A stretch of DNA of 64,000 nt. Origin: Eledone cirrhosa (lineage: Eukaryota). The DNA lies in assembly GCA_964016885.1 (NCBI GenBank), contig OZ024747.1:69006001-69070000 (forward strand), given 5' to 3'. Both the position numbers and the translations under genes were made by a program. Below the pieces are notes generated by a model that saw only the letters and a program-made list of their open reading frames with translations, was not told where the DNA came from and ran no database searches. Shown here piece after piece: positions 14,955-31,559 of the stretch (positions are counted from its first letter, which is position 1; every line of letters starts with the position of its first letter).

Positions 14955-15025
14955 TATTTTATCTGATGAGAACGCAATTATCGTCCCAGGATGATATTTG
15001 GTTTTGAAATGCGCATAATAAAATA
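14955..15025 (+). ncRNA. Type I hammerhead ribozyme (family O, within (TA)n-flanked insert 14899-15063)
   Basis: tattttat-CTGATGA-[36 nt hairpin gaac..tatcgtcc/ggatgata..gtttt]-GAAA-tgcgca-TA-ataaaata: 8-bp stem I, palindromic stem III ATGCGCAT, AUA triplet. Confidence 0.75.
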
Positions 15026-15081
15026 TATGGAGCTTTTTTAACCATCTTTTAATTTTTTCTCTGTATATATATATGTGTGTG

Positions 15082-15181
<100 letters not shown>

Positions 15182-15384
15182 TATGTATATTATGTAGGAA
15201 TAGCCATGATGAAAGAAGACATTTTTCTAACATATTTCTACAAGAATGAATAGTAAAAATATAAAGGAAAAAAAACATCGTGAAAAATCTTACTTAATCT
15301 TCATTATTAGTATATACCAGTAATGCACTGGGTAATTGCTGGCCTTGTGCCTAAAGTAGAAACAATTATTAGTATATATTAGTA

Positions 15385-15582
15385 TATATGGTTGGGTGGC
15401 TTGACAGTAACGGTAGAGGGTCGGACGCCTTGCTTTGACGCATAGAGTTACGGCCCTTGCCATTCTGAGTTCAAATCCCGCCGAAGTTAACTTTGCCTTC
15501 ATCTTTACAGGGTCGATAAAATATAGTACCAGTAATGTACTGTTAATTGCTGGCCTTGTGCCAATAGTAGAAACAATTATTA
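15385..15582 (+). mobile_element. tRNA-derived SINE (main family), near full length
   Basis: A-box-like ttgacagtaacggtagag, B-box-like gagttcaaatccc, central domain, tail gccttgtgcc..agtagaaacaattatt; duplicated tail at 15310-15372. Confidence 0.8.
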
Positions 15583-15832
15583 GTATATAGATGTATCTGT
15601 ATACTATAATCTGAATATTGATTCAAAGAATTAGATGTTAAACATTAATTATTGTTTCTTCTGTCATCGGAGAATTGATAAAATATATAAAGAAAGAATG
15701 TTAGTGAAAAGGAATCCTTCTAATCACAATAATTGTTTCTACTTTTGGCACAAGACCAGCAATTATCCCAGTGTATTACTGGTATTTTATCGGCCTCAGC
15801 AGGATTAACTTTGCCTTTCATCCTTTAATCAC

Positions 15833-16040
15833 AATAATGATCCCTAGTATAGGCACAAGGCCAGTAATTTGGGGGGAGGGGAAAGTCGATGAAATCGACC
15901 CAGTACGTTTCTAGTGCTTTATGTTATCGACCTCGTAAGGATGAAAGGCAAAGTTAATCTCGGTGGGATTTGAACTCAGACCGCAAAGTACCGTAACTCT
16001 ATGCGACTCTCTGCCGATACTGCCAATCCACCGCCCTCTT
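15833..16040 (-). mobile_element. tRNA-derived SINE (main family)
   Basis: Full set of blocks on - strand including head ggcggtggattggcagtatcgg. Confidence 0.8.
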
Positions 16041-17324
16041 CAATTTAAACTATAATAAAGTAAGGAGTGCGGGACTGCATCCAGAATATATTTTTTTATC
16101 CCGTTTGTAAAATAAGTTTGATTACTGTGAATAAATAATGAATGAATATTACCTAATTTATCTACTAAATTTCGTTATTCTTGATTAAATATAAATAATA
16201 TTGTTGCTTATTTTAAGATTCACTTCTTTAAAATTTTCAAATGTCAACACTTCCGGTTAGCGATCGCTTAAATAAACATTCATATATTTCCGTCACTAAT
16301 TTTCTCCGAGTGAAGTTTATATATAATATCGTCTTTTTTAATGTATCATGGATTACGTTACTGATTACATAAGACAGTGTAACGCAGTCTTCGTTCAATT
16401 TCTGTGTATATTGTCAATTACGATTTTATTTAATGTATCATATCTACATGCATATATGCTTGCGTATAATATCAATATGCCCATTACACATCCCAGCAGA
16501 AAACCACCCGAAGGGTCGTTTTTCTGCTAGTCACAATAATAACAGGGTGTATGTAAAATAACGTACCTCCATTAATAACCGTTATATTTGCTATTTTAAA
16601 TAACAACAACGTCATTATATTTGCCTAAGTAAATGCTGACGAAAGTAAGAATGTTTCCTGCAGTAGTATTACCCCTTTTTATAATAAATTACAATACATT
16701 ACACATTAATATAAACACCCCCTATTAATTGAGTATAAAAATATTGGAAACGCAAAAACAAAATGTCGACGAAAAAAAAAACAACTTACAGCGCACTTAA
16801 AATTTTTATTCTTGTTATTGTTGTTATGAAAAACCTTCCTCTTTGGCTTGTGTCCAATATTGCAATTTGCTCAAAGTCACCTAAATAAGTACTAACCCGA
16901 TTTTACGATCAACATTTCTGAAAATAAACTTATGGTAATCGGGAGTTAGGGTATTGATATTCGTCGTTTGCTTTTATGGACAAGGAAAAATATAAATATA
17001 AAAAGTTGAAATTTTCAAAAGCTTTCAAAACGAAATAATAGATTTGTTCTAGGAAAATACACATTTAGCTTTCAAAAAGGAGTGTCTGAGTTACTTTTAT
17101 ATAAATAAATCTAAGGATTTGATTCTACAGGTATTCGGTCACTTTTAGAAAATTTATAAAAAGCTTTAAAATTCTCAACGAAAAGTTCTTGCTAAAAGTC
17201 TTGTGTTCCATTAGCCCCTTGATGCTGTCAATCACTCGAGGAGAAAAGAGAATCCTTTTATAAATAAAATTTAAACTTTTTAGCCAGTAAGATTTACGGA
17301 AAATATTTTCCTTTATGTTGTTGT

Positions 17325-17405
<81 letters not shown>

Positions 17406-17619
17406 TATACATATATATATATATATAAACACACACACACACACATATATATATAAATATATATAAATATATATATGTATATAAATATATATATATATAT
17501 ATATGTATATAAATATACATAAATATATATATGTATATAAATATAAATATATATATATGTATATAAATATATATATATGTTTATAAATATATATTTATGT
17601 GTGTATATATGTATATATA

Positions 17620-17661
<42 letters not shown>

Positions 17662-18092
17662 TATATATATTTAATATATGTATATATATATGTCTGTGTG
17701 TGGGGGTGTATGTGAACTTCCATACACACACACTTAGGCATATGAATATATGTGAAGTACACTTTCTATATAAAATGTATGGCACACTATTTCTCATTCT
17801 TTTTCTCTCTCTTACATGGATTAATATCTCATATCGTTCGCTTTTATAGGCATGTCTCTTGAATATTTCGTATGAAACTGTGTAAAGTATATTTTGTACA
17901 ATTTATGTATAGTGACATGTCTTTGCAGTATTGCTTTCTGTTACACATATGGACTGTGTATAAGTGTATTTGTGTGTATATAGTTTTGCATTGAACTACA
18001 GATATGGTGCAAGCAATACATGTACAATATATATATATATATAATATACGTATATACGTATATGTATACATATATATGTATATATCTATCTG

Positions 18093-18146
<54 letters not shown>

Positions 18147-18148
<2 letters not shown>

Positions 18149-18335
18149 AACAAGTAAGACCCCGACGGCTGAGCTCAAGCCGTTTCGACGGCTAATTCTG
18201 GACTGAATTAGCCGTCGAAACGGCTTGAGCTCAGCCGTCGGGGTCTTACTTGTTCCTATTACCCACTCTACTACCCTAAGTATTGAGTACTTTGGTGCGT
18301 TATGGTCCACCTGGTTCCTTACCACATTTCCTTCG

Positions 18336-18337
<2 letters not shown>
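18147..18337 (+). mobile_element. Family A pLTR fold-back plus tail, (TA)n both sides
   Basis: Perfect arms of about 50 bp around tggact; tail hairpin at 18265-18288. Confidence 0.8.
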
Positions 18338-20225
<1,888 letters not shown>

Positions 20226-20704
20226 GCTTATACATGCACATACATGTGTGTTTGTTTGTGCATATATGTGTTTATCGTTTGCAGTGTTTTGTGTCAATCG
20301 TGTTTTTTTTTTCATGTATAATATTCTTACGAAGTACAAGTTAAGACTTGCTCAAATGATACGAAAACATAATTGTTTGCTGATCTGAAAACGGTGATAA
20401 TGAAAATGATTTAAACAGAAAGACCATCATTACTGACACAGACACACAAACATGCTTCTTAGCCCTCTTAACATCTCTTTTTCCAAATTATAAATCTCTC
20501 TTTTCACTTTTTCAATTATTTCTTTAGAACCTATTTAGGGATTTTGGGTAAAGCTGGTTGGATCTCTATCTTTTTTTAAAATAAACTAACATTTGTTTTC
20601 TGCCATAAAAGACGTGTTTAAATTAGAAGCTTATGTCTGCTGGCGTCACAACTGGAGGACCAACGACATATCCCTGTGATTGTATAACTACACATATGAA
20701 TGTA

Positions 20705-20802
20705 TGAGAATCTGATGAAGTCACATGCATAACCATGTAACAGAAATATATATTATGCAATAAAGAAATTACGGTGAAGTAACCCCGTCTTAACTACTTT
20801 TG
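20705..20802 (+). ncRNA. Degenerate hammerhead-like motif followed by AATAAA and (TA)n
   Basis: CTGATGA-a-gtcacatg(cataac)catgtaac-a-GAAA-tata-TA; stem I is poor. Confidence 0.4.
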
Positions 20803-20851
20803 TATATATATATACATATATACATATATACATATATACATATATATACAT

Positions 20852-20915
<64 letters not shown>

Positions 20916-21224
20916 TCCTCACCTTTATCATACATAAGACCTGATGGTGTATGTTTAGTTTAGGACATGACAACGTTTGTTCCAACCTAGTTTACTTGTA
21001 TATATGTGTGTGCGTTCTGTGGCTGTGGATGTGAATGTATATAAAAAGATATAATTTATGATGGATTATTATTATTATTATTATAATGAACTAGGTAATT
21101 GCTGGCCTTGTGCCAAAAGTAGAAACAATTATTATTATTATTATTGAAAATTGATAAGACTTGTTTCTGAGCCAATCATTCCAAAGAAAAGTGAATGAGA
21201 ATTACCAATAAGATTCTTCAGCAA

Positions 21225-21261
<37 letters not shown>

Positions 21262-22537
21262 CTAGCTCTAATGAAAAACAAACAAAAGAAACAAGATATC
21301 TTACCCTTGGCATGACTGTTCGAATCTCACGAGCGCTATTTTTCGAGGAGATTTTTGTTTTCTGTGTTTCTGATGTATTTTATCAAGTTTTGTAATCCTG
21401 AAAGTTGAATGAAAAAAATCAATGTGAAAACTGTGTTTAATTAAAATTTTTCAATAATATACAAAACTAAGAGTTATGCTAGGTGGAAGTAGGGTGTTTG
21501 GGTGTTCGGAATATACACATATACACTCACGTAGGTAATACTCGTATGAAGTTCATGGTACTTTTAGCTATCAAAGTTAAATGAAAAACAGGGAACATTC
21601 ATTACAGAATATTCTAATATATTCTAATGTCTCACAGATTATCAGTAGTTCAAATTTACAAATGGTTTAAATATTTGTTCAAAATATATCCTTTTCCCAC
21701 TTGTACCTTTATAACTTTAATGGAACAATGATCAAATAATATGTGTCTTCTATTGTAAATAGACCCATAGATAACCATAGGGTACGATAATTCACTTTAA
21801 ACGTAAGGAAGCGTTCAAGAATAAGTTCATAGATCAGATTCAATGCTTTGTATATTTGCACACACCCAAATTCTAGTCAATACTTTAGGAGGTGCTTTGC
21901 ATAAACTATCAAAGAGTTAATTTTCATGTGAAACATTAGAGACGATTTAAACACTTTAAAAATATTCATATACAATTCAATATAATTCAGTTTGAAGTCA
22001 GCCTACTGATGTCAAAATGGTTAATACTTTCATCAGTGTATTTAGTTACCGAATCGTGTGATATCACATTCTTTCTATCGCAAAACCTATTCCCCTGATC
22101 TTTTATATATTTGCCTGATCTTTTAAAATTTAAAATGTAAAAAAAAAAATAAAAAAAATGATAGAATAAAAAAAATCAAAACAAAAAAAACAAACCAAAC
22201 AACACAGCAAAAAAAACCAAAAAAAAAACAAAAACTTCTCAACAAATATAGATTGTATGAAAATATATAAACTATAACACAAACTATACATCAATAAAAA
22301 CTGCACATCAAAATATATGAAGCGTAACAAAATCTATATCCCTATAAACTGCATCGAATTCTCTGCCACCGTCTGTGAAGATAATTTATCAAAAAACCTT
22401 TCTATCCAGACATGTTTTACTTTTCCCTTAACGTCATAATTATTGACATTCTCTTTAATGCAGACAATCTCTTCTCCCAAGTTTTCCATTTTCTCTTGCA
22501 CTACCCCATTTCTTTCTTTATCTTTCTCACACTCTGA

Positions 22538-22635
<98 letters not shown>

Positions 22636-22785
22636 TCCTCGAGTATGGTCTGGTAATTTGTTGTGGAACTAACTTTCTCTCTAAATATATATATATATGT
22701 GCGTGTGTGTGCGTGTGTGTGTGTGTGTGTGCGTGTGTGTGTGTGTGTGAATGTGTGCGCGCGCGCGTGTGTGTGTATGTGTATG

Positions 22786-22826
<41 letters not shown>

Positions 22827-22972
22827 GCTGATCTATAGACTGATCCTCTAACCTGTTACTCTGGCTTTTCCCTGGTGTGTTGTTGGTTTGTCAGACAGGA
22901 ATCCGACAACACACAGGAGAAGCTCCAGTGTACTTATTGATACCGGGTCGTTTTCTCCCTTTCATTAAACTA

Positions 22973-23065
<93 letters not shown>

Positions 23066-23988
23066 TATTGTGCTTCTCTCAATTAAATGGATGATCTTTC
23101 TGCATGAAATGCAACAATGATCTATAACTTTCAACAACAATATTTCGGGCTTAATTTCCCATTTTCATGTTTTCTTAAGGTACAAACAAAAATCCAAATT
23201 TGGGAAATATATCAAGCGATTTGTTTGATGAAACAAATATTATTTCTTCAAGGTTTAATTTTAGCCATACAAGAAGTACTCTATCCGTTTCATCTAAACG
23301 ATACAAACATTAATTCTTCTGGTTATATGTTTGCATATTTTAGTAATTTTCTCCCAAATCTATCCTTTCAGACCCATTCTTTTCGATTCTGGCTTCCATC
23401 TAATAAAAATCGAAGCCAAATCTCATTCAAATGATATCAAAATAACAAATGGTCTGTTTAAAATAAGACTTGTTTGTCACATTTAGAACGTCTTTGGCCA
23501 TATGTTTGTTTGATAATTAAAGATTCGGAAGTTAAACAATATATTAAGATCTAATTTAGTTTTCATTGGTCAATTCATGAAGGAATAACGATGGACTTCA
23601 AGAATTGACACGTAGCAAATGAAAGATGTCCGATTGAATACTTCCGGTCTGTAGCCCTTCATTATTATATACTTCCGCTCTCTAATGTTTTCATTACTAA
23701 ATACTTTTATTTCCGTTAAAGGTGTTTCTTTTTTTTTAAATTCTTTTTGGGGAGATGTTAGAAACAGTAATGTAACCGAAGACTAGGATAGGGAATTGGA
23801 GTGTGGGAAGTTCCACAAAAAGGAACGCAAACATCTTCAGAAATTCTCGATTGAGAAAATAACATTTACAGAAAGTAATGTTTAGTTCCAAGAAAGTGTT
23901 CATATCATGAAAAGCAAGTAACCCTATTTGATGGTAGAAACTTCATGTAGGATGTTCCCCACAGGCATTTTCACCTCTAAATTTTGTT

Positions 23989-24038
<50 letters not shown>

Positions 24039-24045
24039 CACACAC

Positions 24046-24076
<31 letters not shown>

Positions 24077-24498
24077 TGTATGTATGTATGTATGTATGTA
24101 TGTATGTATGTATGTATGTGTGTGTGTGGTGTGTGTGTATTTGACAGTAGAAAATAAGACAACAACAACAACAACAACAACAACGACAACAGTAAATTAG
24201 TAGAAACATTTGCAGATAGAAAAACAGTGTAGCAGATGTAGTGAAAGAGAAATGTTATAAGGATTATCAGCGTTTAATGAACTTTTAGGAAAATTCCATT
24301 CATCCCAGCCTGACCAAGACAATATTAGAAACATCCTTTACTAAAAAACAATAAAAAAATCATTAATTCTTTAACTAGGAACACTTGTTAATTTTTTAGA
24401 TATGAGTAGATAATCCTAACAAAGCTATGATTTTCACTAACATATTCATCTTACACGTATGCTCACACTTACGCATACGCCTACTCACACTGAGAAGC

Positions 24499-24575
<77 letters not shown>

Positions 24576-24834
24576 GCTACGTAGTCGCTCGACATGGTAG
24601 AAAAAGTAGCCTAATCTTTCTTAGATCCAACATCCTACCGTCTTAAAAATGTGAAGGACAGATTAGATAATGTAAACTTCAATGAGGGCTGATTTGCGGC
24701 TATAAAACAATGGCAACAACAACATTCACACAGACCCCGCCATGGTTCTTCAAAATTTCAAAATGTCTGCTAGTGCAACAGACTTGGGAGTATTACAATA
24801 TCAAGGATTTTATGTAAGATTTGTGTAGAGTTAA

Positions 24835-25210
24835 CAGTTGTGGGATCAAAGTGAGATGCCTATACGGTTAGCAGTTGTTGTGGGATCAAAGTGAGATGCC
24901 TATACGGTTAGCAGTTGTTGTGGGATCAAAGTGAGATGCCTATATGGTTAGCAGTTGGTGTGGGATCAAAGTGAGATGCCTATACGGTTAGCAGTTGGTG
25001 TGGGATCAAAGTGAGATGCCTATATGGTTAGCAGTTGGTGTGGGATCAAAGTGAGATGCCTATATGGTTAGCAGTTGTTGTGGGATCAAAGTGAGATGCC
25101 TATACGGTTAGCAGTTGTTGTGGGATCAAAGTGAGATGCCTATATGGTTAGCAGTTGTTGTGGGATCAAAGTGAGATGCCTATATGGTTAGCAGTTGTTG
25201 TGGGATCAAA
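24835..25210. repeat. 40-bp minisatellite, about 9 units
   Basis: Unit tgtgggatcaaagtgagatgcctataYggttagcagttgK; tgggatcaaa recurs every 40 bp from 24841 to 25201. Confidence 0.95.
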
Positions 25211-25664
25211 TATTCTTTTGCGCTAAATGTGTGCTCGCTAGTAGGGATCACACGGATCCAAGTTGTGTTAGATTAATATTTAAAGGTCCTGGATTTTAGT
25301 TGCGACAATAGTTTCTTTATATTTAACATGATTGTGTCGTTTTTGGTGTTGAAATAGATAAGAACTCCATAACTACATTGCAATATATTTTTTAAAAATA
25401 TTAATTCATGGAGTCAATGCATATTCAACATATATTGTTTATGATGTCTATGGACAAGGCTTGGGTGTGGAAGTCTATAGAGGAATGGGGGATTGTATGA
25501 TTTACTTAGGAGTGGGGATTATTGGCGGTGATGGCAAGTAGTGTCATTGATGTATAAGATGAAGCATGTAGCAGACATGGTACACATAGATATGCGACAC
25601 ACCAAAGTTGATAGAATGTGTGTCAGAGAGTGAAAGAGATAGATAGATAAATATGTATATATAT

Positions 25665-25699
<35 letters not shown>

Positions 25700-25931
25700 C
25701 AGAGAGAGAGAGAGGAGATTTATGAGCACACTGAGAAGAAAACCCGGATCCAAGAAACGAAAGACGGATGAAGCCCATGGACGACTAGTTTTGACAGATT
25801 TACGTGTCAGACAGTCGAAAAGCTTTGTCGATATGAAGACCAACTACACAGTATTTAGCTCACTTGTGAGTGACATAGGAGAGTAGGTTTCTAATAGATC
25901 TGACTTTATGAAAGTCGCACTGATGCTCATT

Positions 25932-26023
<92 letters not shown>

Positions 26024-26470
26024 GTTGAAGAAGACGTAACACAATTGATGCCTCCATTATATTTGAGATAATAGGAGTGAATAAGTTGAGAGTTTACAGA
26101 GTCAGAAAGAAACGTGGTCGTAAGCCTAATGGAGTGGAAAGGGAGAGTTTATGGGGTAGAAAATGTGAAGGACTTTTCCACAGAAATACGGTTTATAGAA
26201 CCAACATAGTGGAGGCTAGGAGGATTCCGCAATGTTTGTAGAGATTCTTTTGGTAAAGAAGAATTTAGGGTGCAGAAGAGCTTGAGGACTGTGTACTGCA
26301 CAGGGTTGCGGCGTGGAGTAAGAGCGATGGTTTGCTAACGTTAGGTTTGGAAATAAGAAAGAGATCAAGGGTGTTTCGAGTGTCTCTTTGTGTTGGACAA
26401 GGATATGTGTAGGAATGAAACTAATTGATGTAAAGAGTTGAGGATTGTGAAAGTTTCGGTTTCTGCACCA

Positions 26471-27809
26471 GCGGCATCAGTGAGGGTCGAGTGTGAAGTA
26501 GCCACGTACTGCGGCATCAGTGGGGGTCGAGTGTGAAGTAGCCACGTACTGCGGCATCAGTGGGGGCGAGTGTGAAGTAGCCACGTACTGCGGCATCAGT
26601 GAGGGTCGAGTGTGAAGTAGCCACGTACTGCGGCATCAGTGAGGGTCGAGTGTGAAGTAGCCACGTACTGCAGCATCAGTGGGGGCGAGTGTGAAGTAGC
26701 CACGTACTGCGGCATCAGTGGGGTCGAGTGTGAAGTAGCCACGTACTGCGGCATCAGTGGGGGCGAGTGTGAAGTAGCCACGTACTGCGGCATCAGTGAG
26801 GGTCGAGTGTGAAGTAGCCACGTACTGCGGCATCAGTGAGGGTCGAGTGTGAAGTAGCCACGTACTGCGGCATCAGTGGGGGTCGAGTGTGAAGTAGCCA
26901 CGTACTGCGGCATCAGTAGGGGCGAGTGTGAAGTAGCCACGTACTGCGGCATCAGTGAGGGTCGAGTGTGAAGTAGCCACGTACTGCGGCATCAGTGGGG
27001 TCGAGTGTGAAGTAGCCACGTACTGCGGCATCAGTGGGGGTCGAGTGTGAAGTAGCCACGTACTGCGGCATCAGTAGGGGCGAGTGTGAAGTAGCCACGT
27101 ACTGCGGCATCAGTGGGGCGAGTGTGAAGTAGCCACGTACTGCGGCATCAGTGGGGGTCGAGTGTGAAGTAGCCACGTACTGCGGCATCAGTGGGGGCGA
27201 GTGTGAAGTAGCCACGTACTGCGGCATCAGTGGGGGCGAGTGTGAAGTAGCCACGTACTGCGGCATCAGTGGGGGTCGAGTGTGAAGTAGCCACGTACTG
27301 CGGCATCAGTGGGGGCGAGTGTGAAGTAGCCACGTACTGCGGCATCAGTGGGGTCGAGTGTGAAGTAGTCACGTACTGCGGCATCAGTGGGGGCGAGTGT
27401 GAAGTAGCCACGTACTGCGGCATCAGTGGGGTCGAGTGTGAAGTAGCCACGTACTGCGGCATCAGTGGGGTCGAGTGTGAAGTAGCCACGTACTGCGGCA
27501 TCAGTGAGGGTCGAGTGTGAAGTAGCCACGTACTGCGGCATCAGTGGGGTCGAGTGTGAAGTAGCCACGTACTGCGGCATCAGTGGGGGCGAGTGTGAAG
27601 TAGCCACGTACTGCGGCATCAGTGAGGGTCGAGTGTGAAGTAGCCACGTACTGCGGCATCAGTGGGGTCGAGTGTGAAGTAGCCACGTACTGCGGCATCA
27701 GTGGGGTCGAGTGTGAAGTAGCCACGTACTGCGGCATCAGTGAGGGTCGAGTGTGAAGTAGCCACGTACTGCAGCATCAGTGGGGTCGAGTGTGAAGTAG
27801 CCACGTACT
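26471..27809. repeat. 39/40-bp GC-rich minisatellite, about 34 units
   Basis: Unit gcggcatcagtgRggg(t)cgagtgtgaagtagccacgtact; variation is almost confined to the G-run. Confidence 0.95.
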
Positions 27810-30168
27810 ATGACTTCACAGAAGAGAAACATAAGATAAATGTTCTCGATGCAGGAAGAGATGTACTGGAAGAGTTGATGGCGACTGGAGCAGTTCTGAA
27901 AACGGTAGAAAAAACAGATGTATTTAGAGGAGGTAAGTGGGATAGTTTGAGCCAGAATAACTGGAAGTTTTGATGCTGATGTCCCGGTGAGAGATGTGAA
28001 TAATGGACAGTGTGAAATCAACACATAGTCAGGCATGTCTTTTCAGAGTAAAGCTTTGAATAAAGAGGTCAATCAGTTCAGTAAAGTTGGTTTATAGATA
28101 AGAGTTGAGTGAGGATTGGGACGTGTGATTTTCGGATTTGTAAGGAATTATGTATAGGGTATAGATTAGAAAGGGGTCCCCAAGTGTTAGAGAAGAGAAA
28201 GAAGTATTTTCCAGAGGATTTAATTTTAGCGTTTTGAATGTAAGGGAAGTGACATGAGTATCTGTGCACTGTTGCGCCAGGATAGTTCGATCCTGAGAAC
28301 ATATCTGACTATATTCCGCTCCAATATACCTATGGCACTTAATGCATATATTTTGGTAATTTCTGAATTGCTAAGAACTCTTAAACTTCTGTTTTTTGTA
28401 GAAAGATCACACACGAATATTTCGTGTTAGTTAATTGATTATACGAAAGGGCAGTCGAAGTAAGGTTTAAAATACGTGTATCAGATATTAAAAAAAAACA
28501 TGTATATGGATTAATAATAATATATTACATTGACAATTGGATATTGAATATTATCAATATTGTTTCAATGTATGTCTTTAGATATTTTTCATCGAGCCAA
28601 ATGTTGAAAAATATCGATGGACTATGTTACTTACCGTCCTGTGGTCATCATTTCGCAGTTAGTTTCGAATGTGAAGTTCTCTTCGAAAGCACAGACTAAG
28701 CAGAAGTTAAAGCTACTGTTTTTAGTCGAAAGAAATTGGGGAGCAAAAATAGTGAGTAGTGGTAGTTAGTCATTTAGTTGTTCAGTTGGTGCATGGTCGC
28801 TGTCCAATCGAATCTCTTCAGAATATTTAACAGATAGCCATATATGGATGGGGTCAACTTCCAGTGACAGATGCTTTTTACTCATTTCACTACTACCGCC
28901 ACACTAATTGATCTTTAAAAGGGGATGCCAAAGTGACCAATCAGATATCATCCTATTAGGCTATCTGCGAGATTTAAGGGCCTAGGATAAATAAAAAATA
29001 ATAATAGTAATAATAACAATAATAATATAGGAAAAACAAAGATAAATCAATTAAACAAAAAATGAAAAATAAATGAATAAAGGAAGATACAAGTTATAAA
29101 AAAGGAAAGAAAGGAAAGTTCTTAAAATTGTTCTGTAAAAGAATATATTTATTTTTTAGAACATTGCGAAATAGAAATATGTTCTGTGTTATTTTACAAT
29201 ACAGTTAAATTTAAAGAATAGTGGTTACATATTTTTATCGATAGCAATGGCACCCTAATCTTAACGAGTATTATGTAAACTATTTAATGCAGGGAACAAA
29301 CATGAAGAAGCTTAGTCAATAACTAATATTATTCTAATCATTTCGGCAAATAAGGAAGACAACCCCGGACGAGTTTTGGTCTCATTATGACCTCATCAGT
29401 GAAGTATAAACTACATCGTACTCGCTGAAATAGTGACGACAGAATCACGAAGTAAATGTATAAGAATATTCATTGTGAGGCGTAAGAGCATTGGAAAGTG
29501 AACGTGAAATAATTATATGGTGAGGGAGAATACAATATATGCCAATTACAAATATTATTTTAATTGTATTTCGGCAAAAGAAAGCGTTGGTCCTAATTTT
29601 CAGTCATACTCATATATGTATATATCATTCTGTTTTAGGGACAAATAATAACTAGATGTTGCACGCAGCCTAAAATAACTGAGGCTATGTAGAACCAGCA
29701 GTCTTGAGACTGATCTGTCCCTTCTGCTGTTACTTTAAGATTCACAAATTATTCATCTATTCGACCAGGATTATGTGTGTATGACGAAAAACATGATTTA
29801 ATCCATGATCTAATTAAATACCTTTAGTTTTCTTATGGGAGAAAATAGCTCTAGAGAAAAATAGTGTCGCTGCAAATGCATATAATACCTACGGTAACAA
29901 TTGCCAAACTGTGTGCAAATGAAAATATAAGCTTTCTGAACATACCCGGTCACATCTTAAATACAAGAGAAAAATAAAACTGTGTTGTCGTGTCTATATC
30001 CATAGAAACACAACCTTTATGCTGTCAAACATATCCTTGTACATGTGGATGTTGAATTGCAGCCTGGGTGAATCTACAGGCAATTTATTCGGTGTCAAGA
30101 TATTTGACACGCAAAACCAAGCTAGAATTTAAGCTGAATGCTGGTGTCTATTGTTAAGACAAGTACAA

Positions 30169-30422
30169 GGGCGGTGGATTGGCAGTATTGGAAGAGGGTC
30201 GGACGCCATGCGTTGCAGCATAGAGTTACGGCCCTTTATGATCTGAGTTCAAATCCCGCCGAGGTTAGCTTTGTCTTTCATCCTTACGGGGTCGATAAAA
30301 TAAAGTACCAGTAATACACTGGGTCGATAAAATAAAATACCAGTCACGCACTGGGGTTGATTTAATCGACTTTACCTCCCCTAAAATTGTTGGCCTTGTG
30401 CCTATATAAGAAACCACTATTA
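30169..30422 (+). mobile_element. Full-length tRNA-derived SINE with internal duplication and target-site duplication
   Basis: All consensus blocks present; ttaagacaagtacaa occurs on both sides (approx. 30154-30168 and 30420-30434). Confidence 0.85.
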
Positions 30423-30696
30423 AGACAAGTACAATTGTGTCCCCGTATTAAAGATATTTACCTATGGGCACACACCCGAAACAATTTTCAGTCATGAATT
30501 TTTGCCCCTGTATGTGAGGCGCACGTGACTTTTGACACCCAATGAACAAATGACGTCCAAGCGGTACTTTGGATAAAACATATCTGATAGATTGAACATT
30601 CGCTTAACTTGAAGAAACGACAGAAGACATTCGGCAAATAAATATAACTATACTTTACTTGTTTATCTTTTTTACCTGTTTATCATAAACAATGTA

Positions 30697-30735
<39 letters not shown>

Positions 30736-31073
30736 AGACACACACATACACAGACACATACACACACGCACACACACAAAGAGGCACACACAGACACAGA
30801 CACACACAGACACAGACACATACACACACGCACACACATACACACATACACACAGACAGACGCACACACACACACACATACACATACACGCACACAGAGA
30901 CAGACACAAAGACACACACACACACACAGAGGCACACACATAAATTCTTTCTCTTTATGTATGTGTGTCAAACATGTAGGTATATACATTAAATGATTCT
31001 GTGCAACATGGAGAGTAAAATGAAATATTAAAATAAATAAACAAAAGTATTTAAAGCATTTAGTCCTATTCTA

Positions 31074-31182
<109 letters not shown>

Positions 31183-31186
31183 GTAT

Positions 31187-31519
<333 letters not shown>

Positions 31520-31559
31520 GAAAGTCGTATATGAAAGCATATACAATGTTTGTGTATAT

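Larger units (their letters stand above)
24735..28210 (-). pseudogene. Decayed CR1-group (Zenon-like) LINE ORF2: APE endonuclease plus RT, interrupted by mini- and microsatellites
   Basis: Collinear motifs on - strand: FSNTWGPLSNL (FTNIRGLxSN), FWLKL..KYICFFYR, EVIVRGYF (EIxxLGDFN), TDAAGAETETFTILNSLHQLV, NTLDLFLISKP, IISNIME..FNEHQCDFHKVRSIRNLLSYVTH, LHIDKAFD, SWIRVFFS, SINFGVSH, FILYIND, HS*VNH (YADD), LLTLHKSYIK (LYKAQIRP). Confidence 0.85.

Noticed and set aside
17215-17270. Hammerhead-like ttgatgc...gaaa upstream of (TA)n
   Set aside because: Core and stems do not fit.
26471-27809. CRISPR-like array (also 24835-25210 and 45292-47742)
   Set aside because: Head-to-tail units with no unique spacers, no cas genes, and a eukaryotic context.
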